A DNA stretch of 64,000 nt. It comes from Aulosira sp. ZfuVER01. GTDB taxonomy: Bacteria > Cyanobacteriota > Cyanobacteriia > Cyanobacteriales > Nostocaceae. Under the pieces are notes generated by a model, which had not been told where the DNA came from, made no database searches, and saw nothing but the letters and a program-made list of their open reading frames with translations. Location: the NCBI GenBank assembly GCA_034530615.2, contig JAVRCV020000034.1, forward strand, positions 92,344 through 156,343. Reading direction: 5' to 3'. Below, piece after piece: positions 52,945 through 63,598 of this stretch (positions are counted from its first letter, which is position 1; the number at the start of each line of letters is the position of its first letter). The translations under genes were made by a program, and so were the position numbers.

Positions 52945-54048
52945 TCACACAATTAGAGCAGATTGAAATGGGTAAACAGGCAGTTTAAAAGCAAACATAG
53001 CACCAGTAGGTACTCTATTCTCTGCCCAAATTATACCTCCGTGAGCTTCAATAATTTGCCGAGATAGGTAAAGCCCCAATCCCGAACCTTTGGCTTGGCG
53101 ATCGCTATTTCCTTGGTAAAATCTTTCAAATAAATAAGGAAACTCTTCTGGCTGAATACCTGCACCCGTATCTAATATCTTTACCACTTGGTAAGAAGCT
53201 TGGGGTTCTAAGACTACTTCCACCCTTGCACCTCGTCGGGAATGATTAATCGCATTCACTAAAAGATTGTTAAAAACTCGTTGTAGTTGCAGTGCATCAC
53301 CTTGAACCCACAATGCACTTCGCCAATCAGAATCACCATAACTCACCGAGAGATGAACACGACGATTGGCAGCTAATTCAATCAAACTACCAGCCACATC
53401 CTCTGCTAAGTTGGTTAAATCTACAGGTGCTAAGTCCAGCTTTAAGCCTTCAGTATCGTTGCGATAGATATCTAATAAAGTTTCTAAAAGTTGTAGAGAA
53501 GTCTTATGGCTGCGTGCCATTGTATCTAAAACTTGTTGCTGGGTGGGTAAAACCGGGCCAAATTTTTCTTGTTGAAAGGCTTTGATAGTTTCAATTGCAC
53601 CTAGCAGTGGTGTTTTTAAATCGTGAGTGAGTGTAGAGGCAAAATCTTCTCGGAGTTTGACTAATTCCTCTTGAGATTCTAGCTTGGCACGGGTGAGGGC
53701 GATCGCATCTTGGGAACGACGCAGGCGATCGCTTAACACCCCTGTTACAATCAACGCCATGACTGCGATCGCGCGATCTGCAACTGTGGAAACTTTAATA
53801 ACTTCACCCCCTGGCAAGAAAAGATTCAAAATTGTTAAGCAGACAGCTACAGTTGTTGCACCAAAGGTTGCAGTCCTCCCAAACCATGAGTTTGTCAATA
53901 ATATTGGGCCTGTATATAGATATCCAAACACATATTCAGTTGGTGTATCAAACTCCATAAACATGACAGCAACAAACAGCCCCAAGAGGATTATCAATCT
54001 TCTCACTTGAGATTTGTTAGGCATAAATTTAGATATAAATGGATTCAT
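52945..54048 (-). CDS. Membrane histidine kinase (4-TM sensor, HisKA, HATPase)
   Basis: Four hydrophobic segments; THDLKTPL, NAINHS, DTGAGI, GSGLGL. Confidence 0.92.
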   Translation of the reverse strand: MNPFISKFMPNKSQVRRLIILLGLFVAVMFMEFDTPTEYVFGYLYTGPILLTNSWFGRTATFGATTVAVCLTILNLFLPGGEVIKVSTVADRAIAVMALIVTGVLSDRLRRSQDAIALTRAKLESQEELVKLREDFASTLTHDLKTPLLGAIETIKAFQQEKFGPVLPTQQQVLDTMARSHKTSLQLLETLLDIYRNDTEGLKLDLAPVDLTNLAEDVAGSLIELAANRRVHLSVSYGDSDWRSALWVQGDALQLQRVFNNLLVNAINHSRRGARVEVVLEPQASYQVVKILDTGAGIQPEEFPYLFERFYQGNSDRQAKGSGLGLYLSRQIIEAHGGIIWAENRVPTGAMFAFKLPVYPFQSALIV

Positions 54049-54100
54049 TTGTCAGTTGTCATTAGAGATTTCTCCTTTGTTTCTCTGATTGACTACTGTT

Positions 54101-54802
54101 TCATGATGGGTACTTACTGGCGAGATTTTCTACAAAACTCTGGTGTTCTGGACTTGTCAAACCTTGCTGCAAAACTTCTAAGACTTTTGCCAAATTTCCG
54201 TTTAATAATGCCGCTTTCTCTAACCATAAACCCGGAAATACTTCGGAACAAATCACACTATCAGCATTAGATGCAAGCTGAATATATTCCCCTTGCTGTA
54301 ACTTGAACCAATCAAATTCACCGTCATAAACTCGCCAAACTAAATATTCTTGCACTTGATTGCGGCGGTATACTTTTAACTTATCGTGTAAATCTAGAGA
54401 AACACTACTAGCTGCCACTTCTACAATTAACTCTGGCGCACCTTCAATATAGTCATCATCGCTAACACGCGCCTGTCCCCCATGAGTAATGAGCAAACAC
54501 GCATCTGGTTGAGGTTCATTATCTGCATCTAAGCGCACAGTGGCATTATCGCCCAACTCTACCCCAGGCGTGGCAGATTCATATAAGCCCAACCAAGTCA
54601 TGATATAAGCATGGGGTTTGCCATGACTTCTGAAACGTAACGGAGATGCCATATACACAATTCCTTCAATTAGTTCTGCTTTTTTTACTTCAGGCATAGC
54701 ATGATAACGACGCTCAAATTCAGTGCGAGTGAGTTTATCACCGTTTTCTAAAGGTGGAAGTGTTGAGAGAGGAATGCTAATTGCGTTAGGGCGTGTAATC
54801 AT
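54101..54802 (-). CDS. Uma2 family endonuclease
   Basis: ELIEGIVYM, EPQPD, PELIVEVA, KLKVY, FPGLWL. Confidence 0.92.
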   Translation of the reverse strand: MITRPNAISIPLSTLPPLENGDKLTRTEFERRYHAMPEVKKAELIEGIVYMASPLRFRSHGKPHAYIMTWLGLYESATPGVELGDNATVRLDADNEPQPDACLLITHGGQARVSDDDYIEGAPELIVEVAASSVSLDLHDKLKVYRRNQVQEYLVWRVYDGEFDWFKLQQGEYIQLASNADSVICSEVFPGLWLEKAALLNGNLAKVLEVLQQGLTSPEHQSFVENLASKYPS

Positions 54803-55091
54803 AATTTTGATCTACAGCAATTTAACTATTAATCTCATTTTAAAGAAGTAATTACACAATGTCCGCAGCGAAGGCAGCGAAAGCTTGAAATGACTATAAA
54901 TATTTTTGTTTAGATACTTATATAAACGCCCTAAACGCTAGATATAGAAATAATAAACGCTACAACTATCAAAAATAAGCCTGTTTTTATATCTTCTATA
55001 TATTGTTTTTATTTATAAACCAATTGATGATGTAAGTAAATTAACAATTTGTATTACAAGTTACGAATTGAATTATCAATTGGTATAACTC

Positions 55092-56834
55092 ATGCTACAA
55101 GGATGGATTCAGATAGCATTAACACTACTAATTGTAGTAGGAATAACTCCATTTTTTGGCAGATATATGGCGCGTGTCTACCAAGAACAGCGCACTTTTC
55201 TCGACCCAATTTTAAACCCAGTTGAACGAGTACTTTACTCTTTGGTTGGCGTTGTAACTAAAGAAAATATGACAGGTTGGCAGTATGCAAGAGCCATATT
55301 GTACAGCAATGTAGTGATGGGGTTCTTGATATTTTTCATCCTCATGAGTCAAGGATGGCTACCCCTCAACCCTACTAAAATAGGTGCGCCAACTTGGGAT
55401 ACAGCACTGCACACAACCATATCTTTTATTACTAACACCAACCAACAACACTACTCTGGTGAAACTTACCTCAGCTATGCCAGCCAAATGTGGGGATTGG
55501 GCTATCATATGTTCACCTCGGCCGCGACTGGGTTGGCGGTGGGGATTGCTTTTATTCGTGGGTTGACTGGTAGATCTTTGGGCAATTTCTATGTAGACTT
55601 GATTCGCTCAATCACGCGGATTTTGCTACCTATTTGTATTGTGGGTGGTATTGCCTTGATGGCAGCTGGTGTTCCCGAAACCTTAGCAGGGCCAGTTGTC
55701 TTCCCCACTTTAGAAGATTCTAATATTAGTCAGGCGATCGCACGCGGCCCCGTTGCTCATTTTGAAATCATCAAACAATTGGGAGAAAACGGCGGCGGCT
55801 TTTTCGCCATCAATTCAGCACACCCTTTTGAAAATCCTAACGGGTTTTCTAACTTAATTGAGATTGTGGCGATGATTTCAATTCCTACATCTCTGATTTA
55901 CACCTATGGTTTGTTTGCTAACAACACCAAACAAGCTTGGTTAGTCTACGGGATGGTGGGTGTTATTTACATCGCCTTTATCATCATTACTGCTATTGGC
56001 GAATATAACGGCAATCCAGCAGTAAATACACTTTTGGGCAGTACGCAACCGAACTTAGAAGGTAAAGAAGTTAGATTTGGTTGGGCGCAGTCAGTGCTAT
56101 TTGCAGTCACTACAACCGGAACCATGTGCGGTGCTGTTAATAGTTTGCATGACTCCTTTATGCCCAACGGTGGTTTTGTCACCTTGTCGAATATGTTTCT
56201 GCAAATCATTTGGGGTGGACAAGGTACAGGAACAGCGTACCTGTTTGCCTACTTGATTTTGGCAGTATTTGCCACAGGTTTGATGGTAGGACGCACACCA
56301 GAATTTCTCGGACGCAAAATTGAAAAGCGCGAGGTGGTACTTGCGAGTTTTCTGATTCTCTTAGTCCACCCGATCGCCATTATGATACCAGCCGGAATCG
56401 CGTTAGCATTCCCCGACCAACTCGCAGGAATCAGCAATCCCGGCTTTCACGGCTTCGCCCAAGTCATTTACGAATACGCCTCCGCAGCAGCTAATAATGG
56501 TTCGGGATTTGAAGGTTTAGGCGATTCTCAACCATCACCAATAGCGATCGCAACTGGTGCAAAAACTACCGCAACCGCCCTGTGGTGGAACCTCAGTACT
56601 TGTTTCAGCCTCCTCGCCGGGCGCTACATCCCTATTATCGGCTTGCTGTTACTTGCAGATAGTATGTCCCGCAAACAACAAGTTCCTCTCACTACTGGGA
56701 CATTGCGAACCGACACTGGATTATTTACAGGCGTAACCGCAGGCGTAATTTTAATCCTCGGCGCACTAACATTCTTCCCCGTCCTAGCATTCGGCCCCAT
56801 CGGTGAAGCTTTTTATCTAGGGCATGGGGGATAG
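55092..56834 (+). CDS. kdpA: K+-transporting ATPase subunit A
   Basis: [56 protein letters not shown]. Confidence 0.97.
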   Translation: MLQGWIQIALTLLIVVGITPFFGRYMARVYQEQRTFLDPILNPVERVLYSLVGVVTKENMTGWQYARAILYSNVVMGFLIFFILMSQGWLPLNPTKIGAPTWDTALHTTISFITNTNQQHYSGETYLSYASQMWGLGYHMFTSAATGLAVGIAFIRGLTGRSLGNFYVDLIRSITRILLPICIVGGIALMAAGVPETLAGPVVFPTLEDSNISQAIARGPVAHFEIIKQLGENGGGFFAINSAHPFENPNGFSNLIEIVAMISIPTSLIYTYGLFANNTKQAWLVYGMVGVIYIAFIIITAIGEYNGNPAVNTLLGSTQPNLEGKEVRFGWAQSVLFAVTTTGTMCGAVNSLHDSFMPNGGFVTLSNMFLQIIWGGQGTGTAYLFAYLILAVFATGLMVGRTPEFLGRKIEKREVVLASFLILLVHPIAIMIPAGIALAFPDQLAGISNPGFHGFAQVIYEYASAAANNGSGFEGLGDSQPSPIAIATGAKTTATALWWNLSTCFSLLAGRYIPIIGLLLLADSMSRKQQVPLTTGTLRTDTGLFTGVTAGVILILGALTFFPVLAFGPIGEAFYLGHGG

Positions 56835-57234
56835 GGCATTGGGCATTGGTTTTAAAGGTGCAACTTTCAGGCTCAAAAGTGCAACTTTCGACATCAAAGC
56901 CGCAATTTCCAGGCTCAAAGATGCAACTATCAGCCTCAAAGGTGCAACTTCCAGGCTTAAAGGTGCAATTTCCGACATCAGAGGCGCAACCGTCAGCCTT
57001 AAAGGTGCAAATTCCGGCATCAGAGGCGCAACTGTCAGCTTCAAAGGTGCAACTTCCGACATCAAAGGCGCAACTGTCAGCCTCAAAGCTTCAAGCTTCA
57101 GCTTTAAAGGCTCAACTTCCAGCCTCAAAGGCTCAAAAGACATTATAAATTCACAACACAGTTTGTCTCAACTCATCTCTCCCTTGTCCCCCCCGTCTTC
57201 CTTCTCCTCCCCATCTCCCTACTCCCCCTTATGA
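56824..57234 (+). CDS. Possible heptad-repeat ORF (LKGATxS)n bridging kdpA and kdpB
   Basis: ATG 11 nt inside the kdpA end; TGA overlaps the kdpB ATG (ATGA); may be non-coding. Confidence 0.25.
   Translation: MGDRALGIGFKGATFRLKSATFDIKAAISRLKDATISLKGATSRLKGAISDIRGATVSLKGANSGIRGATVSFKGATSDIKGATVSLKASSFSFKGSTSSLKGSKDIINSQHSLSQLISPLSPPSSFSSPSPYSPL
56851..57138. repeat. Degenerate tandem array of 21-bp units (13 full plus 1 partial)
   Basis: Consensus approx. CTCAAAGGTGCAACTTCCAGC; units start at 56851 and every 21 bp to 57124, without indels. Confidence 0.92.
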
Positions 57235-59378
57235 AACCGGATATAAACTCATCCCCCCGCCCGCCTCGTGTTCCTCACGGAACTCGTGACTCGCGCAGAC
57301 ACACCCCCAAAGCAGATATGCGGGGACTTTATCAAAGGGCAATTAAAGAATCATTTGTCAAACTCGATCCGCGGATTACTGTTAAGAACCCAGTAATGTT
57401 TGTTGTCTGGGTAGGGACAATTGTCACTTTTTTAGTCACTCTTGACCCCAATTTATTTAGCACATTACAGGCAAATGTCAATCAGCAACGCTTGTTAAAT
57501 GGGATCATTACCTTCATTCTCTTTTTCACACTCGTCTTTGCTAACTTTGCAGAAGCAGTCGCAGAAGGAAGAGGTAAAGCACAAGCAGATTCCTTGAGGT
57601 CAACACGTTCCGATACTATTGCCCGTAAAGTCCTCCCTGATGGTTCGATTCAGCAAGTTAATTCTACGGAATTGCGGCGAGATGATTTGGTGAAAGTGAT
57701 TGCCAATGACATGATTCCTGCTGATGGCGAAGTTCTTCAAGGCATTGGTTCGGTGGATGAGTCAGCCATTACTGGGGAATCTGCCCCTGTTCTCAAGCAA
57801 CCAGGTACAGATATAGCCAGTTCCGTAACCGGAGGTACACGCCTACTTTCAGATGAGTTGACCATTCGCATCACCGCCGATCCCGGTCAAGGCTTTATCG
57901 ATCGCATGATTTCTCTCGTGGAAGGAGCAGAACGGACGAAAACTCCTAACGAGATTGCCCTGACAGTATTATTAGCCGTACTAACACAAGTCTTCTTAAT
58001 TGTCGTGGCAACTATGCCCCCCTTTGTTGGCTACATCGCCAACTTTATCAGTACTGTGTTTGGGGCGGAAGCAGAAAATAGTTTGCGTGCAGGTGCTAGC
58101 ATCGCTATCTTGATTTCACTATTGGTAGCTTTAATACCCACAACTATCGGTGGTTTACTCAGTGCGATCGGGATTGCTGGAATGGATAGAGTTGCCCAAT
58201 TTAATGTGATCGCCACCTCCGGACGAGCAGTAGAAGCCTGCGGTGACATCAACACCTTAGTGCTAGATAAAACAGGTACTATCACCTTGGGAAACCGGAT
58301 GGCTGATGAGTTTATCCCTGTGAATAGTTACACTGTTGAAGATGTAGCACGAGTTGCTCTAGCTGCCAGTGTATTTGATGAAACACCCGAAGGTAGATCG
58401 ATTATCAAACTAGCCGAAAATTCTGAAGTGAAGGTTGATTTCGACACCAAACAAGCAGAAGGTGTGGAATTTTCTGCCAAAACCCGGATGAGTGGGACGA
58501 ACTTACCCAACGGGAAGGAAGTTCGTAAAGGCGCAGTAGACGCCATAAAAGGCTTTGTCCGTTCTCGTGGCGGTCGAATTCCTGATGATGTAGATGCAGC
58601 ATACGAGCGAGTTTCACGGTTAGGTGGTACACCCTTAGCCGTCTGCCAAGATGACCAAATTTTCGGTGTGATTTATCTCAAAGATATTGTCAAACCTGGC
58701 TTACGGGAACGATTCGACCAACTGCGGCGCATGGGAGTTAAGACTATCATGCTTACAGGTGACAACCGCATTACAGCTAGTGTGATTGCTCAAGAAGCCG
58801 GAGTTGATGACTTTATTGCCGAAGCCACACCAGAAGACAAGATTAGCGTGATTCGCAGCGAACAATCTCAAGGTAAGTTGGTGGCAATGACAGGCGATGG
58901 TACAAATGACGCACCTGCATTAGCTCAAGCTAACGTAGGTGTGGCGATGAACTCTGGAACCCAAGCCGCCAAAGAAGCTGCAAACATGGTGGATTTAGAT
59001 TCTGACCCCACCAAGTTGATTGATTTAGTCACCATTGGTAAACAGTTGCTCATCACCCGTGGCGCGTTAACAACCTTCTCCATCGCCAACGATATCGCCA
59101 AATATTTCGCCATTATCCCCACAATCTTTGCAGCAGAAGGCATTGGTGCACTGAATATTATGGCTTTAAAAAGTGCCCAATCTGCAATTATCTCAGCGTT
59201 AATTTACAACGCCCTAATTATCCCAGCACTCATTCCCCTAGCACTCAAGGGTGTAAAGTTTCGTCCCCTCACAGCAGATCAACTATTAAAACGCAACATT
59301 TTCATTTATGGCGTAGGCGGCATTATTGCACCTTTCATCGCCATCAAACTCATTGATGTTATTTTGCCTTTTTCTTAA
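57231..59378 (+). CDS. kdpB: K+-transporting ATPase subunit B
   Basis: [34 protein letters not shown]. Confidence 0.97.
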   Translation: MKPDINSSPRPPRVPHGTRDSRRHTPKADMRGLYQRAIKESFVKLDPRITVKNPVMFVVWVGTIVTFLVTLDPNLFSTLQANVNQQRLLNGIITFILFFTLVFANFAEAVAEGRGKAQADSLRSTRSDTIARKVLPDGSIQQVNSTELRRDDLVKVIANDMIPADGEVLQGIGSVDESAITGESAPVLKQPGTDIASSVTGGTRLLSDELTIRITADPGQGFIDRMISLVEGAERTKTPNEIALTVLLAVLTQVFLIVVATMPPFVGYIANFISTVFGAEAENSLRAGASIAILISLLVALIPTTIGGLLSAIGIAGMDRVAQFNVIATSGRAVEACGDINTLVLDKTGTITLGNRMADEFIPVNSYTVEDVARVALAASVFDETPEGRSIIKLAENSEVKVDFDTKQAEGVEFSAKTRMSGTNLPNGKEVRKGAVDAIKGFVRSRGGRIPDDVDAAYERVSRLGGTPLAVCQDDQIFGVIYLKDIVKPGLRERFDQLRRMGVKTIMLTGDNRITASVIAQEAGVDDFIAEATPEDKISVIRSEQSQGKLVAMTGDGTNDAPALAQANVGVAMNSGTQAAKEAANMVDLDSDPTKLIDLVTIGKQLLITRGALTTFSIANDIAKYFAIIPTIFAAEGIGALNIMALKSAQSAIISALIYNALIIPALIPLALKGVKFRPLTADQLLKRNIFIYGVGGIIAPFIAIKLIDVILPFS

Positions 59379-59495
59379 TTTCTCTTACCAATCCTCTTAA
59401 CTTAGACTTACACAAAATATCTCTCAAATCCTCATTTCTCTGTGCCCTCTGCGTCTCTGTGGTTCATTTCTCTTTAATAACTACTCAACACTTGT

Positions 59496-59747
59496 ATGAA
59501 ACATCCAAACTCTATCCAAACACTTGAAGATATCGCTGAAATCTTTTTAGATTTGCGCAAACAAAAGCTGCCTTTATACCTATTCCTGGGAATGTGCTTC
59601 AACCTCGTGGTTGCGCCCGTTGTTTATGCAGCCACTGGCGAACAATTTTCTCGCACTCAAGCTTGGGCTTTGGGATTATTAGGACTAGTAACCCTAAGTC
59701 TTTCCATCTATTTATTTTTTGTCATGTTTGTACCGGAGAAATTCTAA
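59496..59747 (+). CDS. KdpF-like small membrane subunit with N-terminal extension (cyanobacterial KdpG/KdpF type)
   Basis: Two TM segments; ends YLFFVMFVPEKF (KdpF-type PEKF); TAATG overlap with kdpC. Confidence 0.8.
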   Translation: MKHPNSIQTLEDIAEIFLDLRKQKLPLYLFLGMCFNLVVAPVVYAATGEQFSRTQAWALGLLGLVTLSLSIYLFFVMFVPEKF

Positions 59748-60391
59748 TGAGTTTTGCAAGAGAAGCCAGCAGAGCAATTCGTTCTACCTTTGTACTTTGG
59801 ATTATTGGCGCGATTATCTATCCATTTGCGATGATTGCCTTTGGACAGATTGTATTTCCATCTCAAGCCAATGGTAGTTTGATCAAAGATAGCCAAGGTC
59901 AAGTTATCGGTTCTAGCTTAATTGGTCAACCCTTTACGAGCGATCGCTATTTTAACTCTCGCCCTAGTACCACCAGCTACAGCACAGCCGACCCTAAAAA
60001 AGATGAGGCGGGAGTTCTCAAAACCGGGGTTTCTGGTGCTAGTAACCTAGCTCCTAGTAATTCAGATTTAATTAATCGGATAAAAGGCAAAGATGATCCC
60101 GATCCCAAAAAACGGATTGAAGGCGATCTCAATCGTTTGAAAAAAGCGAATGTGCCACCTACCGCAGATTTAGTTTACACCTCTGGTTCCAGCCTTGACC
60201 CCCACATTACCCCCGAAGCTGCTAGAGCGCAAATTACCCGTGTAGCCAAGGCGCGAGGACTCCAACCCCAACAGTTAGAAACTTTGATTAATCAAAATAC
60301 TGATGGTCGTTTTGTTGGTATCTTTGGCGAACCTGGGGTCAATGTCTTGAAATTAAATCTCGCTTTAGATGCATTAAAATCTGCCAGTTAA
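59747..60391 (+). CDS. kdpC: K+-transporting ATPase subunit C
   Basis: QANGSL, GSSLIGQ, YFNSRPS, SGASNL, SGSSLDPHI, GEPGVNVLKLNLALD. Confidence 0.95.
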   Translation: MSFAREASRAIRSTFVLWIIGAIIYPFAMIAFGQIVFPSQANGSLIKDSQGQVIGSSLIGQPFTSDRYFNSRPSTTSYSTADPKKDEAGVLKTGVSGASNLAPSNSDLINRIKGKDDPDPKKRIEGDLNRLKKANVPPTADLVYTSGSSLDPHITPEAARAQITRVAKARGLQPQQLETLINQNTDGRFVGIFGEPGVNVLKLNLALDALKSAS

Positions 60392-60684
60392 ATCCAATCA
60401 ATTGTAATAGTTACGCCCGAAAACTTCAAGAAATGTATTTGTTTTAACTTCTTTAATTGGATGTTATTTACATCTATTTACTCCTGGTTCATCCTGGGAT
60501 TAAAACATCCAACTTTCTCCTTATTAGGAAATAGCAGTTTCGTTACTGATAGTGAAGAAACACACATATTTCAACGTGAACTTGGTGGTGTCAGGCGGAT
60601 AGGAGGAAATTCTGGAAGAAATATCACTAAAGCAACTTTGAGCAAATCAGTTTAAATTCCGCAATTTAAGGAGTAATCCGTTGT

Positions 60685-62016
60685 ATGCGCAGCGGTTTTC
60701 CCGATAAACAACAATACCTACAGCCTCTAGAAGAAATTAGTCAGTCAGATACGCTACTCAATAACCGCTATCGTATCCTCAAAATTATTGGACAGGGAGG
60801 CTTTGGCAAAACCTTTCTCGCTATTGATGAAAAATATCTCTCACCTAGCCAATCTTTTGAGTATTCAACATCTAACCTATGTGTTATCAAACAATTTTTG
60901 CCACAATCTCAGACTGGCTACTATAACCAAAAAGCCTTAGAACTATTTCAGCAAGAATCTCTGCGTTTAGCAGAACTTGGTAAGTATTCTCAAATTCCCC
61001 AACTACTAGATACTTTTGAAGAGAAAGGTAAACAGTATTTAGTCCAAGAATGGGTGGACGGACAAAACTTAGAACAGGAATTAGCCGAAGCCGGAGCATT
61101 TAATGAAGTAGACATTCGGCAGTTACTTGATGAGTTGTTGCCTTTGTTGCAGTTTATTCACGCTCATCAAGTAATTCACCGAGATATCAAACCCGCTAAT
61201 ATTATCCGTCGCCGAAAAGACCGCAAATTATTTTTAGTAGATTTCGGCTCTGCTAAATATAACTGGCAGAGTGGGGAAAGTGGAACCATGATTGGGAGTG
61301 CTGAATATGCTGCACCAGAACAGGTTCGAGGTAAAGCTGTATTTGCCAGTGACCTTTACAGTTTGGGTGTCACTTGTCTACATCTGCTTACCCAAATGTC
61401 ACCATTTGACCTCTATGATTGCAGTGAAAATGTTTGGATATGGCGATCGCATTTAGTCGAGCCGATAAGTCCATCTCTGGAGAAGATTCTCTGCAAGTTG
61501 GTGCAACCAGCCACTAAACTACGCTATCACTTTGCAGCAGAGGCGCTGATAGACTTGAATGATTCATCAAACAGTGCTGCAACCACAAATAGAAATGACG
61601 ATTTTGAAACTCCTTTTTTTGGGTTGAGTCGTCAACAAAATTCGCCTACTTCTGTAAGCGCGATCGCAGATAATTCTGTTACATCCATCACCGTTTTTGA
61701 CCCTCAAACACAAGATTGGCATTACTTTCCGGCTCAAACTGAGGGCGGAGAACTGGCGCGAAAAATAGCAGCGTTTTTAGGGCCGCGTTTAGCAGCAGCT
61801 GCGGCTACACCTCCTGTGCGAGAACCAAAATCGACTGTGGTTGATAGGAAAACTAGGCACAAACCCAAAAAGATGCTCCAGATAGTTGTCACTGCGATCG
61901 CTTTTACCATCGCCTGTCTTGCTTTAGCAGTGGAATCAAACTCGATTTCTACCAATTTGAAAGTTGAGATATCGAAAACTTTTCAGAAATTGATGAACAT
62001 CAGACAAATTCACTAA
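60685..62016 (+). CDS. Hanks-type Ser/Thr protein kinase with C-terminal TM
   Basis: IGQGGFG, VIK, HRDIKPANI, DFG, APE, SDLYSLG; hydrophobic IVVTAIAFTIACLALAV. Confidence 0.93.
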   Translation: MRSGFPDKQQYLQPLEEISQSDTLLNNRYRILKIIGQGGFGKTFLAIDEKYLSPSQSFEYSTSNLCVIKQFLPQSQTGYYNQKALELFQQESLRLAELGKYSQIPQLLDTFEEKGKQYLVQEWVDGQNLEQELAEAGAFNEVDIRQLLDELLPLLQFIHAHQVIHRDIKPANIIRRRKDRKLFLVDFGSAKYNWQSGESGTMIGSAEYAAPEQVRGKAVFASDLYSLGVTCLHLLTQMSPFDLYDCSENVWIWRSHLVEPISPSLEKILCKLVQPATKLRYHFAAEALIDLNDSSNSAATTNRNDDFETPFFGLSRQQNSPTSVSAIADNSVTSITVFDPQTQDWHYFPAQTEGGELARKIAAFLGPRLAAAAATPPVREPKSTVVDRKTRHKPKKMLQIVVTAIAFTIACLALAVESNSISTNLKVEISKTFQKLMNIRQIH

Positions 62017-62323
62017 AAAAAGGTTTATGCTTAACAAGCGAAGTGTGATTGAACCAAGATTATTTGGTGTTTTAATAAAACCCAATAGTATTTACTGTGG
62101 CATTCATTTAAACAAAATTCAGTTACCTGAAAATCTCCCTGGAAGAGCAACAATACTGAGGTAGATAGCACTCAAATATTACCCAAAGAAAAACAGCAGT
62201 CAGTCAATTCCTCTGCTTTATTTTCAATGGACAGTCTGTTTCAAAAAGTGGGATGGAAAACAGTTAAACAGAATTTAGCTCCTTGGTAAATAGAGAATAA
62301 CAACGTAGATAAATCCCTGACTC

Positions 62324-63445
62324 ATGTTCAATAACTCTACCATTTCTCCCGATAGTGCTTACATCCGTCCTCACCGACGTGGAAAACATAAAATTTTCAT
62401 TGGTATGGCTCCCGGTGTTGGCAAAACTTACAAAATGCTGGAAGAAGCACATCAGTTAAAACAAGATGGTATTGATGTTGTTATTGGCATTTTGGAAACT
62501 CATGGACGCAAAGAAACAGCTGAAAAAGCTACAGGGCTAGAGATCATTCCTAGAACAGTCAGTATCCGAGAGAATGTAACGTTGGAGGAAATGGATACAG
62601 ATGCAATTCTCTTGCGTTCTCCTCAACTTGTGTTAGTTGATGAACTCGCTCATACTAATGTACCTAGTTCTCCTCGAGAAAAACGCTACCAAGATGTGGA
62701 AGTAATATTAGCAGCAGGAATTGATGTTTACTCCACTGTCAACATTCAGCATTTAGAAAGTTTGAATGACTTAGTGGCAAGAATTACAGGTGTTGTGGTG
62801 CGAGAACGTATTCCCGACCGCCTGCTTGACGAAGCTGATGCTGTTGTAGTGATTGATGTCACACCAGAAACCCTAGAAGAACGCCTCCAAGAAGGTAAAA
62901 TTTATGCGCCTGAGAAAATCGCTCAATCCCTAGGAAACTTCTTTCAGCGTCGTAACTTGATTGCTTTGCGAGAACTTGCTTTGCGAGAAGTCGCAGATAC
63001 AGTTGAGGAAGAAGCAAACACTTCTACATTGGAGGGACAGAAGTGTAATATTCACGAGCGAGTTTTAGTTTGTGTATCTACCTATCCTAACTCGGTGCAG
63101 CTACTACGTCGGGGAGCGAGGATTGCCAATTATATGAATGCGCCACTTTATACCATTTTTGTGGCAAATCCTGAGCGATTCCTCACCAAAAAAGAAAGTT
63201 TACACATTGATACCTGCGAGAAATTATGTAAAGAATTTGGTGGCGAATTTTTACACGTCAAAAGTCAAAATGTAGCCCAAGAAATTGCTCAAGTTGCAGC
63301 TAAATATCACATTACTCAAATTGTGATTGGTGAAAGCCAGCAGCCTCGATGGAAAAGATGGTTTAAAGGTTCTTTTACACAACGTTTAATGGAGCTAATC
63401 AGGTATCAAAACATTGATTTACACATCATCGCTACAGAAAAATAA
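62324..63445 (+). CDS. kdpD: Short KdpD (N-terminal KdpD domain + Usp domain; no TM or kinase)
   Basis: GMAPGVGKTY, ETHGR, VDELAHTN, NIQHLESLND; Usp ITQIVIGES, IDLHII. Confidence 0.93.
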   Translation: MFNNSTISPDSAYIRPHRRGKHKIFIGMAPGVGKTYKMLEEAHQLKQDGIDVVIGILETHGRKETAEKATGLEIIPRTVSIRENVTLEEMDTDAILLRSPQLVLVDELAHTNVPSSPREKRYQDVEVILAAGIDVYSTVNIQHLESLNDLVARITGVVVRERIPDRLLDEADAVVVIDVTPETLEERLQEGKIYAPEKIAQSLGNFFQRRNLIALRELALREVADTVEEEANTSTLEGQKCNIHERVLVCVSTYPNSVQLLRRGARIANYMNAPLYTIFVANPERFLTKKESLHIDTCEKLCKEFGGEFLHVKSQNVAQEIAQVAAKYHITQIVIGESQQPRWKRWFKGSFTQRLMELIRYQNIDLHIIATEK

Positions 63446-63479
63446 TTGTCAGACAATACCCATATTTACAGATTTTTTC

Positions 63480-63508
63480 GTAGAGGTTTAGCATTGCTAA
63501 ACCCCTAC
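63480..63508. repeat. REP-like GTAG palindrome
   Basis: GTAGAGGTTTAGCA-T-TGCTAAACCCCTAC. Confidence 0.65.
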
Positions 63509-63598
63509 CCCCTCCTACTGCATTTTAACAATCCTTATACTTATTGATTTTTATTATTTAGTTAGAGATAATTAAATCTCCTAGTAGCCAAAATTAAT

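Noticed and set aside
55051..55064. NtcA box GTA-N8-TAC before kdpA
   Set aside because: It matches the minimal consensus but lies only 27 nt from the ATG with no correctly spaced -10 box; likely chance.
56851..57138. CRISPR array
   Set aside because: Units are contiguous 21-mers with no unique spacers, and there are no cas genes in the window.
56817..57148. ORFs 56817..57143 (-) and 56846..57148 (+) as genes
   Set aside because: They are open because the repeat unit lacks stops. The minus frame has Pro in most heptads and is antisense to the operon; neither has a clear RBS.
59594..59746. N-terminal extension of kdpC in the ORF track
   Set aside because: It overlaps the KdpF-like gene; the KdpC-like sequence starts at ATG 59747.
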